Under the pieces are notes generated by a model, which worked only from the letters and a program-made list of their open reading frames with translations, searched no databases and was not told the DNA's origin. A stretch of 64,000 bases of DNA from a phage, in assembly GCA_011915565.1 (NCBI GenBank), contig GCA_011915565.1_3920.1; one strand, given 5' to 3'. Positions 51,862 through 60,997 of this stretch are shown piece after piece (positions within the stretch are counted from its first letter, which is position 1; each line of letters begins with the position of its first letter). The translations under genes and the position numbers were made by a program.

Positions 51862-52374
51862 ATGAAAACTGTAGAAGCTACCTTTGAAGTTGTAAAAGAA
51901 AAATTTTCCATCATTTACGAAGCTGTTAATTGCTTTGAAGCAAGCCATAACCTTGATAATTGGGAGTTTACAGATGACCATCAAGGCGGCGTGACTATTA
52001 AAAACCCCAACTGTCAGCGTAATGATTTTAAATATGCAATCCCTTTACATTACAGCCTTAAACAGCTTTCAAGTGACTATGCAAAACAAGGCCGGGAAAA
52101 TCCATCAAAAGAGGCTTACATAAGCTTACAGAAAGAACTAGAAAGAGATTTAGAGGCTTCAGAATACAACCTTGCCGCGAAAGTTGTCGATGCAAATGGT
52201 CAAACAATTTTAGATAGTTTTTATATTGGTTACGCTTTCGATTGGTGCTATAGTGACGGCGATGATTTAGAGGATAGACTAAAAGAAGAGGTGAGCAATT
52301 CAGACGCAGAATCTGAAGTATTAGAACGCTTGGAAGCATTAAAAGATTCAGTGATGAATATCTTTAAGAACTAA
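51862..52374 (+). CDS. small early-region protein 3
   Basis: 170 aa acidic ORF behind a type B cassette. Confidence 0.5.
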   Translation: MKTVEATFEVVKEKFSIIYEAVNCFEASHNLDNWEFTDDHQGGVTIKNPNCQRNDFKYAIPLHYSLKQLSSDYAKQGRENPSKEAYISLQKELERDLEASEYNLAAKVVDANGQTILDSFYIGYAFDWCYSDGDDLEDRLKEEVSNSDAESEVLERLEALKDSVMNIFKN

Positions 52375-52462
52375 ATAGATTTCTTTACACGGGGCTATCA
52401 AGCTGATAAGATAGCCCCAGATAAAGAGATTTATCAACTATCCTAAACTGGAGATTCAAAAA

Positions 52463-52759
52463 ATGAAATTATCAAATAAAGTCCGTGAAAATCTAAGCAA
52501 GTTACTCAACAAAATTGATTTTATCGAGACATCAAGGAATAGTCATGATGTTATGGAATGGTTACACGGAAAAATCAAAGGCCGTCGTGTAGTGATTTGC
52601 TTATGGAATAGTTGCAGGGAATATAAAAAACCTGTATTACAAGTCAATATCTATGATGATACTTTTAAAAGCCCTGTAAAGTCTAAAAGTGATTTATTAG
52701 AATCCTATGAGATAACTGTAAATGGCAAAGTATCAAGTAAAGAGGAAACACCATGTTAA
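52463..52759 (+). CDS. small early-region protein 4
   Basis: 98 aa ORF behind a type B cassette. Confidence 0.5.
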   Translation: MKLSNKVRENLSKLLNKIDFIETSRNSHDVMEWLHGKIKGRRVVICLWNSCREYKKPVLQVNIYDDTFKSPVKSKSDLLESYEITVNGKVSSKEETPC

Positions 52760-53085
52760 TGACTGGTATCACTGCAATCATTGCCATTTTCGCGCTATAT
52801 AAGGCATATAAAGCCTATAATCTAGCAAATAAGGCAATCACACAGCAGGTTAGCAATAGCCTTGTAGAAAGCTTTCTAGGGCGTCTCAGTGATGAGCAAA
52901 TAAAGCGGTTAGAAATGAGCTTCAGATTCAAAGCGAAAACCTATCAGATAAGTGACATCTTCAAGGATGATTTCCAGTTAGTCGATGATTATAATTCTCT
53001 GATAAATGCTTTAAATATCAGTGACTTAAAAGACTACTACGCTGTAATTGTTCAAGAGTTGAGCAAACGAAAACAAAACTGTTGA
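52753..53085 (+). CDS. small early-region membrane protein 5
   Basis: N-terminal hydrophobic helix (MLMTGITAIIAIFALY); overlaps upstream stop. Confidence 0.45.
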   Translation: MLMTGITAIIAIFALYKAYKAYNLANKAITQQVSNSLVESFLGRLSDEQIKRLEMSFRFKAKTYQISDIFKDDFQLVDDYNSLINALNISDLKDYYAVIVQELSKRKQNC

Positions 53086-53110
53086 CACTGATTTTTAGAT
53101 AGATTAAATT
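53082..53110 (+). promoter_or_regulatory. type A cassette promoter
   Basis: TTGACA-N17-TAAATT followed by leader hairpin at 53121-53140. Confidence 0.55.
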
Positions 53111-53174
53111 ACACATCAACGGGGAGGGAACAACCTTCCCACTAAATAAAGTCCTTAAACTAGGAGATTCTAAA

Positions 53175-53447
53175 ATGTATACTACTAACAATGGCCTCAC
53201 TTTGAACGTCACACTACGTCACTATGTAGATGGTGTCATGCACTTTGAAGATTTACAAGCTGAACAACATATCTTAGATTGGCAAGTCGCAGGACTCCAA
53301 AAAACTGCTACGGGATACGGTAAAAAGATTCCAACTAGTTGGAAAGTTCACTATGAAGGACGTTTGCGCAGAATTTATCAAGATGTGCAAAGCAATAGCG
53401 CATCGAGTTACATTATAGTAAAAGGTGAAAAACTGCATTTAGTATAA
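53175..53447 (+). CDS. small early-region protein 6
   Basis: 90 aa ORF behind a type A cassette. Confidence 0.5.
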   Translation: MYTTNNGLTLNVTLRHYVDGVMHFEDLQAEQHILDWQVAGLQKTATGYGKKIPTSWKVHYEGRLRRIYQDVQSNSASSYIIVKGEKLHLV

Positions 53448-53532
53448 AGTACTTTACATGGGGTTTAAAAGTTGGTATCTTAAGCCCCAGATAAAGAGCT
53501 TTACCCCTAAATCCTAAATTGGAGATTCAAAA

Positions 53533-53937
53533 ATGGCTATTAATAATCGTGAGTTATCAATCTTAAAAGCACGTTTAACCGTTAATCGAATCAATGTTAT
53601 CACGTCATCAGCACCAGACGAGACATTACACAACATTATCGGGAAGATTCAAGGTGTTATCTTAGACGTTGAGAATGTAAAAAACTCATTAGCAGACGTT
53701 GCAGCAGGTGTTACACTAGACGGCGCACAATATGAAATGATTGACATGTTAGGCAAATCAAAGGTTATGAATAAAGAGTTAGACTTAAAAATGTTTCGAT
53801 TTGCCGTGAAAGTATGGCTATCTGTCGAGTATGATGCTAATTTTGCAATTGCTGATTTCTTTGCCACTTGGTTGCAACGTAACTTAACAAATCATGATTT
53901 TCGTGATATCTGTGATGCAATTTACGCAGAACTTTAA
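53533..53937 (+). CDS. small early-region protein 7
   Basis: 134 aa ORF behind a type B cassette. Confidence 0.5.
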   Translation: MAINNRELSILKARLTVNRINVITSSAPDETLHNIIGKIQGVILDVENVKNSLADVAAGVTLDGAQYEMIDMLGKSKVMNKELDLKMFRFAVKVWLSVEYDANFAIADFFATWLQRNLTNHDFRDICDAIYAEL

Positions 53938-53945
53938 AAATTTTA

Positions 53946-53974
53946 TTGACACTGATTTTTAGATAGACTAAATT
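53946..53974 (+). promoter_or_regulatory. type A cassette promoter
   Basis: TTGACA-N17-TAAATT, near-identical to 53082-53110; leader hairpin 53985-54007. Confidence 0.55.
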
Positions 53975-54037
53975 ACACATCAACGGGGAGGGAACAACCT
54001 TCCCACTAAATAAAGTCCTTAAACTAGGAGATTCAAA

Positions 54038-54580
54038 ATGAAATGCTTTCACGGTACTACTCAAGAAAACTTTATCAACCTGATTAATAACGGTGATAAA
54101 CCATCAGGTGTATGGAATTGTTCGGATATGGACGGCAATTTTTACGTGTACCCAGAAAATAAACTCTATGGTGATGATGAGGAAGAGATAGCATCGGAAG
54201 GTATCCAGCAAGCTCTAGGAAATGCCACTATCACGGCAGCTTTTCAGATGAAAACTCAAAATATTGTTATCTTAGAACTTGACATTCCAGAGGATGAGCT
54301 AAATGATGATTATTCTTGTGATAACATGTCAAATATAGCAAGCTTTACAGAGTACTTTGATGTAAATTGGATTAAAAAGGTCTATACAACAGAGTTCAAC
54401 GCTATGTATTCACCTTTTTGTCTCCCTTCACTGGATAATCCAAATTTGAATTATCTTGATGAAACATTGGAGCTACTTGCTAAAAGTATCCAACAATCCG
54501 ACAGTATTCAGGTTTTTTGTGACATCATGGATACACTGACAGAAAACATTGTAGAGAGTGATTTAAAGGTCTTTTTCTAA
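54038..54580 (+). CDS. small early-region protein 8
   Basis: 180 aa acidic ORF behind a type A cassette. Confidence 0.5.
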   Translation: MKCFHGTTQENFINLINNGDKPSGVWNCSDMDGNFYVYPENKLYGDDEEEIASEGIQQALGNATITAAFQMKTQNIVILELDIPEDELNDDYSCDNMSNIASFTEYFDVNWIKKVYTTEFNAMYSPFCLPSLDNPNLNYLDETLELLAKSIQQSDSIQVFCDIMDTLTENIVESDLKVFF

Positions 54581-54646
54581 AAACCTATACATTCACCTTA
54601 TAAACACTGATTAACCCCTTACAGGGGCTTTTAGAGGGCTTAAATC

Positions 54647-54880
54647 ATGCTTACAACCATTTATCTCATCCTTTCTATCTGTAACGGTCATTCATGTGAC
54701 TTTAAAGGGCTTGAAGAGTTTACAGGAAGTAAAGAAAATGCTATTCAGGTTTGCCAGATAGCAAGACAAGACTATCCCGCCAGTGACGACATTCAATGCT
54801 ACTTTAAGACAGAAGATGAAGACGGCATCTATTTTGACAGCGTTGACGGTCAATATGAAATTATCATTGAAAAAGACTAG
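54647..54880 (+). CDS. small early-region protein 9 (possible lipoprotein)
   Basis: N-terminus MLTTIYLILSICNG; atypical upstream region. Confidence 0.4.
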   Translation: MLTTIYLILSICNGHSCDFKGLEEFTGSKENAIQVCQIARQDYPASDDIQCYFKTEDEDGIYFDSVDGQYEIIIEKD

Positions 54881-54971
54881 ACAAGCCTGATAAAAGTCTG
54901 TAAATTACACATCAACGGGGAGGGAATGACCTTCCCCACTAAATAAAGTCCTTAAACTAGGAGATTCAAAA

Positions 54972-55313
54972 ATGGCTTATGTAACCGTAATTACCGATAA
55001 AGCTGGCTCATCTTGGTCAACTCAGGTTAGTGATAAGATGTCGCCTATGCAGTGCCTAAAATACTTTGAGCAGTGGAACAAAGGCGAGGATGTAAGCCCC
55101 TTTCAAGTGATGCAAATCATCCATACAGATAACGAAGGGAATAAAACGACCTTGAACAGTGAATACTACGCAAGCCGTTTTGAAACGAGAAGTAAAACAA
55201 TGAAGCTTTTACGTGAATCCGGCTATTCTCATATTGCCGCGCTAATCTGGGATGACCTGCTAAAAAGCCAGCGTATCAGCTATGTAAAACCTGAAAAAAT
55301 ATTCATCAGTTAA
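54972..55313 (+). CDS. small early-region protein 10
   Basis: 113 aa ORF behind a type A cassette. Confidence 0.5.
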   Translation: MAYVTVITDKAGSSWSTQVSDKMSPMQCLKYFEQWNKGEDVSPFQVMQIIHTDNEGNKTTLNSEYYASRFETRSKTMKLLRESGYSHIAALIWDDLLKSQRISYVKPEKIFIS

Positions 55314-55513
55314 TCAATAACTTACAAAAAACTTTTAAAAAAGTGTTGACAATACCCCTTGACATTGGTAACTTTGTTCGAGGGGGTTTATCTAAAAGGG
55401 ATTCACTTAAAAGATTCTTTATAGATAAACTTAAAAAATTGCTTGCAATCATCTTCCAAAAACTTTATAGTTTATCTCAAGCAATAATGCTTTCCTAAAC
55501 TGGAGATTCAAAA

Positions 55514-56044
55514 ATGAACAAGTTCAAAGCTATCAACTACATTCGCTCAAATAGTGTCATGTCTAAGCCTGTTAAGGATACCTACGAATTTCGTTGCAAT
55601 GGTGAACACTTTGCTACCATCACCAAATCAAACAACGGGGCTTATTATATCCATCGTCGTAATGTTTCTACGGTTGTAGTTTCTAACTTTATGCAAGCTG
55701 TAGCGGAACTCCTCCCGCTCTTCTTAGAAAAGTATGCCGTACAGTGTGAAAGTGTTCGTGAATGCACTAAAACAGTGTTAAACGGTTATCGTATGGCTTA
55801 CGAGCGCTCTTTAAAGAATCTCAATAAATACTACAAAGCACCGGAAGGCACTTCATCCACAGCCTACGGGGTAGGGGGCTTCAATGTCAGCCTTTACGAA
55901 GTGGAAGAAATCGAGCTTTATGACCATCGCCCAAATGGTTACGCTAAGACACTGGGAGAGGGGTTAATGCTGAATATCAAGAACTTAGAAAAAACTTTAA
56001 GAGAAATTGAAAAAGATATTGACGAGACAATCAAAAATCTGTAA
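55514..56044 (+). CDS. small early-region protein 11
   Basis: 176 aa ORF behind a 200 bp leader carrying tandem TTGACA boxes and the conserved RBS block. Confidence 0.5.
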   Translation: MNKFKAINYIRSNSVMSKPVKDTYEFRCNGEHFATITKSNNGAYYIHRRNVSTVVVSNFMQAVAELLPLFLEKYAVQCESVRECTKTVLNGYRMAYERSLKNLNKYYKAPEGTSSTAYGVGGFNVSLYEVEEIELYDHRPNGYAKTLGEGLMLNIKNLEKTLREIEKDIDETIKNL

Positions 56045-56106
56045 ATTGTCAATCAACGGGGGGTAACCTGCCCCACTAAACAAAATCCTAAACTGGAGTT
56101 ATCAAG

Positions 56107-56370
56107 ATGGAAAACGTAGAATTAACCACACTATTGCAGATTGCAACTGACAAAGAAGACGTAGCGTTGTTTCACCGTATCGAAAGTGATTTGTTCAATG
56201 GTGAAATCATTAAAGAATCTTACGAAGTTGTCGGATTCAAAGATGGTAAAGCATTTGGCTTTTTTGACCTCGACAAAAGCAAAGCGGTTACAATGTACGA
56301 TGTTCTATCTTGTGAAATTCTGACAAAATACAACGAAAAAAGGCTTGCAACCTACGCCAATATGCAGTAA
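56107..56370 (+). CDS. small early-region protein 12
   Basis: 87 aa acidic ORF behind a diverged type A leader. Confidence 0.5.
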   Translation: MENVELTTLLQIATDKEDVALFHRIESDLFNGEIIKESYEVVGFKDGKAFGFFDLDKSKAVTMYDVLSCEILTKYNEKRLATYANMQ

Positions 56371-56437
56371 ATTACTAATCAACGGGGAGGGAATGACCTT
56401 CCCACTAAACAAAGTCCTAAACTGGAGAATCTAAATT

Positions 56438-56686
56438 ATGTCAACTATCCGCGTAACTGTTAATGCTTATGGCTGCCACCAACTTGATGCAAAATTCGAT
56501 ATCGGTGGAACAGATAACACCTTTGACCTTATCAAAATGCTGATTCAGCAGGTGATACCAGATTATAACCCTACTGATGACTTCTGGAAAGATGCCGTAA
56601 AAGAAGCCATAAACGAGGAATCTCACTACCATTATTGGGGTGACTTGATTATCTCTCTGTACTACAGCAAACAAGGTTACAACTAA
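56438..56686 (+). CDS. small early-region protein 13
   Basis: 82 aa ORF behind a type A cassette. Confidence 0.5.
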   Translation: MSTIRVTVNAYGCHQLDAKFDIGGTDNTFDLIKMLIQQVIPDYNPTDDFWKDAVKEAINEESHYHYWGDLIISLYYSKQGYN

Positions 56687-56759
56687 TCGACGCAGCGGGG
56701 CTATTTAGCCCCAGATACCTGAAAAGCTCCTTCTCATAGGGGCTTTTTTACGTCTATAA

Positions 56760-58320
56760 AGAGACTCTATACAGTCCCTTTCCTTTCCTTCCTAGAATCT
56801 ATCCCACTAATTCGATAGAGACTATCTCATACCTTAAAAAGCAATAACTCTATAGTCTACTCTATAACCTCTTATCAAATCAACTTAAATATAAGCCCAT
56901 AACCCGAAAGGGAAGGGCAACCACTAAAACGCTCTATAAAGCTCTATAACAGCCTTATCAACCTAACTTAAGCAATCATATTAACCCACTCTAAAAAGCC
57001 CTTTATAGAGCTTCCCAGAGCCTTAAAAGAATCTTATAAGGGTGTAAGCTTTATCATCTCGTTAGTATTCTTGTGAATAACTAAAAAGGGATTGGTAGTT
57101 CCTTTAAAGTATGTTATAGGGGCTATAAAGTTACTCAAAAGTTACGTAAAAGAGGCTATAAAGTTACGTGATAGATAGCTTAAAAGTTACGTAAATGCTA
57201 GCCCCCTTAACATTTTCTTAACAATTTCTTAACAATCCCTACATAGTTATGCTTTTAAGGCACTTGTTAGAGACTTGTTAGCCCTTGTTAAATCTCTGTT
57301 AAGACCACGTAAAAGCCTTGTAAGAGTCTTTGACATAGCCTTAAAAGCCTCTGTAAAGCCCTATAAAGAGCTATCCATACAGTTGAGGGGTAGATACTAG
57401 GAAGAGATTTAAAAGAGCTTATAAAGAGTTATAGAGAGCTTTTAAGAGGTATGTTTAAGAGTTCACTAAGAAAGGAAAGGGAATGATAAGAAAAGAGATA
57501 GTGACCATGCTAATAGCTTGTTAAAAAGATTAAACACTTGTTAGAAACTTGTTAATTATCTTAACAAAATAACTCTTTAAAATTAACTTGTTAACTCTTG
57601 TTAGTCATCTGTTAAGCCTCTGTAAAGTCTATGTATCAACTGTTAAGAAACTGTTACATCCCTGTTAGTTCTGTTAAGAATCTGTTAAGACCTCTGAAGA
57701 GATGTTAAGAGAATGTAGTAGCTGTTAAGAGATTGTTAAGGATATTTTAAAATTTTGCAAAGTACTTGTAAGGGAGCTGTTAAGGGCTACCAAGCAGATA
57801 TACATCCTAATCAGATATTTTTGAGTTCCTTCAAAGACCCTAAAAAATGACTTGATAGTCCTATTTTATAAAAATTTTAAAAATCTGAATAATTACCTAG
57901 ACAGTCTTTTAAAAATACAGGTAGAAACAGGCTTATAAGATACCTTGTTAGTACCGTGTTAGACCTTGTGAGATAAGGTCTGTAAAGATATTCCTGTTAA
58001 GTTTGTTAAAACAGTCTATATAGAGGCTTAGTAGTGCCTAGTGAACACCTATAGAGGGTAACATAGCTGACATAGAGATTAAGGGGTGTATAGAGGCTTC
58101 TAAGAGCGTATAGAGAGATGGTTAAGGTGATTGTATAGGTTGTTAAGAAGGCTTGTTAGAAGAGTGTTTAGAGGGCTTATTAAAGGGCTAGTTAGAAGGG
58201 TTATACAGAGGGCTATTAAGACCACTAGATAGTTACTAAGATACTATATAGTACTATATAACTATATAGAGAGTAAGATTAAGGAGGTTGTTAAGAAGGA
58301 TAGATATTTTGTTCACATAT
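56760..58320. repeat. ORF-free array of short degenerate repeats
   Basis: No ORF of 60 aa or more in any frame across about 1.7 kb; about 30 same-strand copies of (c)tgtta(a/g) concentrated at 57190-58300; recurring ctataaag(ag), tatagag and aaagttacgtaaa motifs. Confidence 0.75.
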
Positions 58321-58402
58321 GATGGTGACCCAGAGGTTGGGACAACCGATAAAATTTTATAAAAATTAAAAAGCCCCCGATTAAGGAGGCTCTTAAGATA
58401 TT

Positions 58403-58996
58403 TTAAATCAGTGTTTCCAGAACTGTTTTAAGGGATGACTTAGTTGTCTGATAAAAATGAATGAATCCGTTGTTGTTATCGAATATCTGCATCATGATAT
58501 CATCTCCCTTGATTGGGTATACTCGGATATCATAGTGAAAACCATTAAAGACACAAGACCCATTACAGAATGCGCTAAAGTCATCCACTGAGATATACTC
58601 TTCATGTCCTGTGATTTTTATACAAACACCTTTACTCGGTCTCTTAGGGTTGATATCTTCCATCACAGACATACTCTGTCCACCAAGAGATACCATAGTG
58701 ACCACTTTACGGTTCTTCTGTCTAAAGTACATCTTAACTTTCTGCAAAGTGTCTTCATAGAACGGATAAGACCTAGCTACAAAGATTCCTTCAAGTGGCT
58801 CTTTACCATTTTCAACTTCTCTGGTATGTCGTACTGCAAAGATAATTTGTTGGAACCAGTCAAGATTTTCTTCGGAGAGTGCTTCTCGAACATCACTCCA
58901 GTCAAGGACTAAGTAGTTACCTTCAACTTCTTTTAAGTTATCTTTTTCCATATCTATCACACCATTATCGTAAAACTTGGTAAGCTGGTACTGCAA
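58403..58996 (-). CDS. hypothetical protein
   Basis: 197 aa; last gene of the leftward operon. Confidence 0.45.
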   Translation of the reverse strand: MQYQLTKFYDNGVIDMEKDNLKEVEGNYLVLDWSDVREALSEENLDWFQQIIFAVRHTREVENGKEPLEGIFVARSYPFYEDTLQKVKMYFRQKNRKVVTMVSLGGQSMSVMEDINPKRPSKGVCIKITGHEEYISVDDFSAFCNGSCVFNGFHYDIRVYPIKGDDIMMQIFDNNNGFIHFYQTTKSSLKTVLETLI

Positions 58997-59429
58997 ACTT
59001 GTTGCTATTGTTCCTAATAATGTCTTCTTCTGTTACTAAGAATGTAATCCCACATAAGTGCGTATAGTGGCTGTCATACTCGAATATTTTAAGTAAGTAT
59101 TTACCATCATGATAAACAAATTCTACTACACCTTTTGCAACAATCTTTCCAGTCTTGAAGTCTTTAAGAGGGTATGTATTACCAACTTTAGGGGCTGTTT
59201 TCACTTCAGGTTCTTTTAGCTTCTCACTAGCTTCTACATCACCTAGTAAGTTAGAACTTTCAAAAGCTCTGAATCTCATATAAGCTTCTGAACATTCCCA
59301 GATAAAACAATGTACAAGAACCTTAGCAGCATGTCTTGAGCAATTCAACTCATCACAGATTTCTTTGTACATTTCATCTTTAGTTGAATTGGTAAGCATT
59401 GCTTTTCGAACTGTTTCTTTAATTTTCAT
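58965..59429 (-). CDS. hypothetical protein
   Basis: 154 aa, coupled. Confidence 0.45.
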   Translation of the reverse strand: MKIKETVRKAMLTNSTKDEMYKEICDELNCSRHAAKVLVHCFIWECSEAYMRFRAFESSNLLGDVEASEKLKEPEVKTAPKVGNTYPLKDFKTGKIVAKGVVEFVYHDGKYLLKIFEYDSHYTHLCGITFLVTEEDIIRNNSNKFAVPAYQVLR

Positions 59430-59841
59430 AAGCTCTCCGAATAACCCTATTAAGCATCTCTAAAGTCAGCTTTCCAGATTCTAAATGCGGCATAACAAGC
59501 TTTAAAGCTTTTTCAACATCATGCACAATATCTATTATACCTTCTGCATAGGCTTCTACAAGGATATCTTTTACACCGATATAGCCTTCATTGATAATGA
59601 TTTGCATATCAAAATCTTCTGATTGCTTGTTTAACTTACCTCTCCAATACCCATCAGCATTAAAAGATATCACTTCACACTCTTTAAAATCCATATCATC
59701 TGCATGGAATGGAGTAATTATTGTGCATTGGATTGGGTACTCTACACCAGTGGTGTCAACATCAAAGACCTTCACAGAAGTAAGTGGTTTCTTTGTTTTA
59801 GAGCAGTAAACTGCCAATCTTTTACCAATAAGCTCTTTCAT
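59419..59841 (-). CDS. hypothetical protein
   Basis: 140 aa. Confidence 0.45.
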   Translation of the reverse strand: MKELIGKRLAVYCSKTKKPLTSVKVFDVDTTGVEYPIQCTIITPFHADDMDFKECEVISFNADGYWRGKLNKQSEDFDMQIIINEGYIGVKDILVEAYAEGIIDIVHDVEKALKLVMPHLESGKLTLEMLNRVIRRAYEN

Positions 59842-59893
59842 TTCGCTACCTTCTAAGTTTCTACAAAGGGGCTATCAAGTAACCCCTAAGTTA

Positions 59894-60118
59894 TTACTCA
59901 GACTTTTCAGTCTTCTTATCGGATTTCTTGCTAGTCTTCTTCTCAGCTTTCTGTTCAGGTTCCTTCTCAGAAGTTGCCTTGATAACCATATCAAGAAGCT
60001 CTGATAAGTCACTCTTCAGCAAAGTAACAGGCTGCTCATTGTAGAAGTTTTTGTCAAGATAAACTTTGAACTCTTCTATAGAAGGAAATCCAAAAATTGG
60101 TACAGGTGTCTTAATCAT
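59894..60118 (-). CDS. small protein with lysine-rich C-terminal tail
   Basis: C-terminus KKTSKKSDKKTEKSE. Confidence 0.4.
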   Translation of the reverse strand: MIKTPVPIFGFPSIEEFKVYLDKNFYNEQPVTLLKSDLSELLDMVIKATSEKEPEQKAEKKTSKKSDKKTEKSE

Positions 60119-60194
60119 TACTTAGTTTCTCCATAGGCATCTTTCAAGATTGCCTTGTTAATCATTTCAGCGATTGCAAAACGAACACATACAG

Positions 60195-60698
60195 CTATAA
60201 TTGTAGGTTGCATTCTTTACTTACCTCTTCAAGTTTAACCTCAGAGTCCTTAAGTCGTTTCTTATGAACTCTGAATCTTATTAGTGAGATGATGATACCA
60301 GCTAAAGGAACAGCATACAAGTACCAGATATCATGTAGCTTTGCAGTAATCTGTGTAATTGTCAAATCTTGAGCTATGTAGCTGATTGCTGATACTGCTA
60401 GTAATGTTGCTAAGAAAAACACTAGTATCATTGCAATATTCATACAACCTCTTGCATGGTACTCATGCTTAATACACTTATTCTTTTCGTCAACAACCCT
60501 GTTGTAGTCGTTTGTAAAGTCTCTGTAGAAAGCTTTCAAGTATTCTTTATTGTAGCCTTCAAAGCAACCTGTACCGTACCAATAATCACCACCAAAATGT
60601 GCTATGATACCAGTATCTCCGTTTGGTTTGGTTACTCTTAGAGAGACATGATGACCAGTCTTCTGGTAATCTATCTTATATCTTTCTTCGTAAATCAT
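60195..60698 (-). CDS. membrane protein
   Basis: Two adjacent hydrophobic helices (MNIAMILVFFLATLLAVSAISYI, YLYAVPLAGIIISLI). Confidence 0.45.
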   Translation of the reverse strand: MIYEERYKIDYQKTGHHVSLRVTKPNGDTGIIAHFGGDYWYGTGCFEGYNKEYLKAFYRDFTNDYNRVVDEKNKCIKHEYHARGCMNIAMILVFFLATLLAVSAISYIAQDLTITQITAKLHDIWYLYAVPLAGIIISLIRFRVHKKRLKDSEVKLEEVSKECNLQL

Positions 60699-60913
60699 TT
60701 TTCAACCCCTCTCAATCTCTTGTTCCATTCAAGGTCAACAAATCTTTGCAGAACTTTTCCTCTAGGTGTTACACCTTTTAAATCTGCATCGTAACAATGG
60801 TAAAAGTCACCTTCAGCGTGTTTACCATAGCATTTTCTGATATTCTGGCTTCTGCGATACTGTTCTAACAAGGACAGTTTGTAGTAATCTTCAACTGTAG
60901 TTAGTTTTTTCAT
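60695..60913 (-). CDS. hypothetical protein
   Basis: 72 aa, ATGA-coupled. Confidence 0.4.
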   Translation of the reverse strand: MKKLTTVEDYYKLSLLEQYRRSQNIRKCYGKHAEGDFYHCYDADLKGVTPRGKVLQRFVDLEWNKRLRGVEK

Positions 60914-60997
60914 TCTTTCACCACGTATCTTCTCAAGAAACTAAAAAAGGGAACTACCTCTCGATAGCCCCCATCATAGTTAATGTTGTATATTCGG

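Noticed and set aside
57990-58300. T7/SP6-type single-subunit RNA polymerase promoters (ctatagag-like motifs)
   Set aside because: Motifs only partly resemble the 3' half of such promoters, and the window encodes no single-subunit RNAP; more likely part of the degenerate repeat array.
56760-58320. CRISPR array in the repeat-rich non-coding region
   Set aside because: Repeats are short (7-12 bp), degenerate and irregularly spaced, with no 28-37 bp identical repeats separated by unique spacers and no cas genes nearby.
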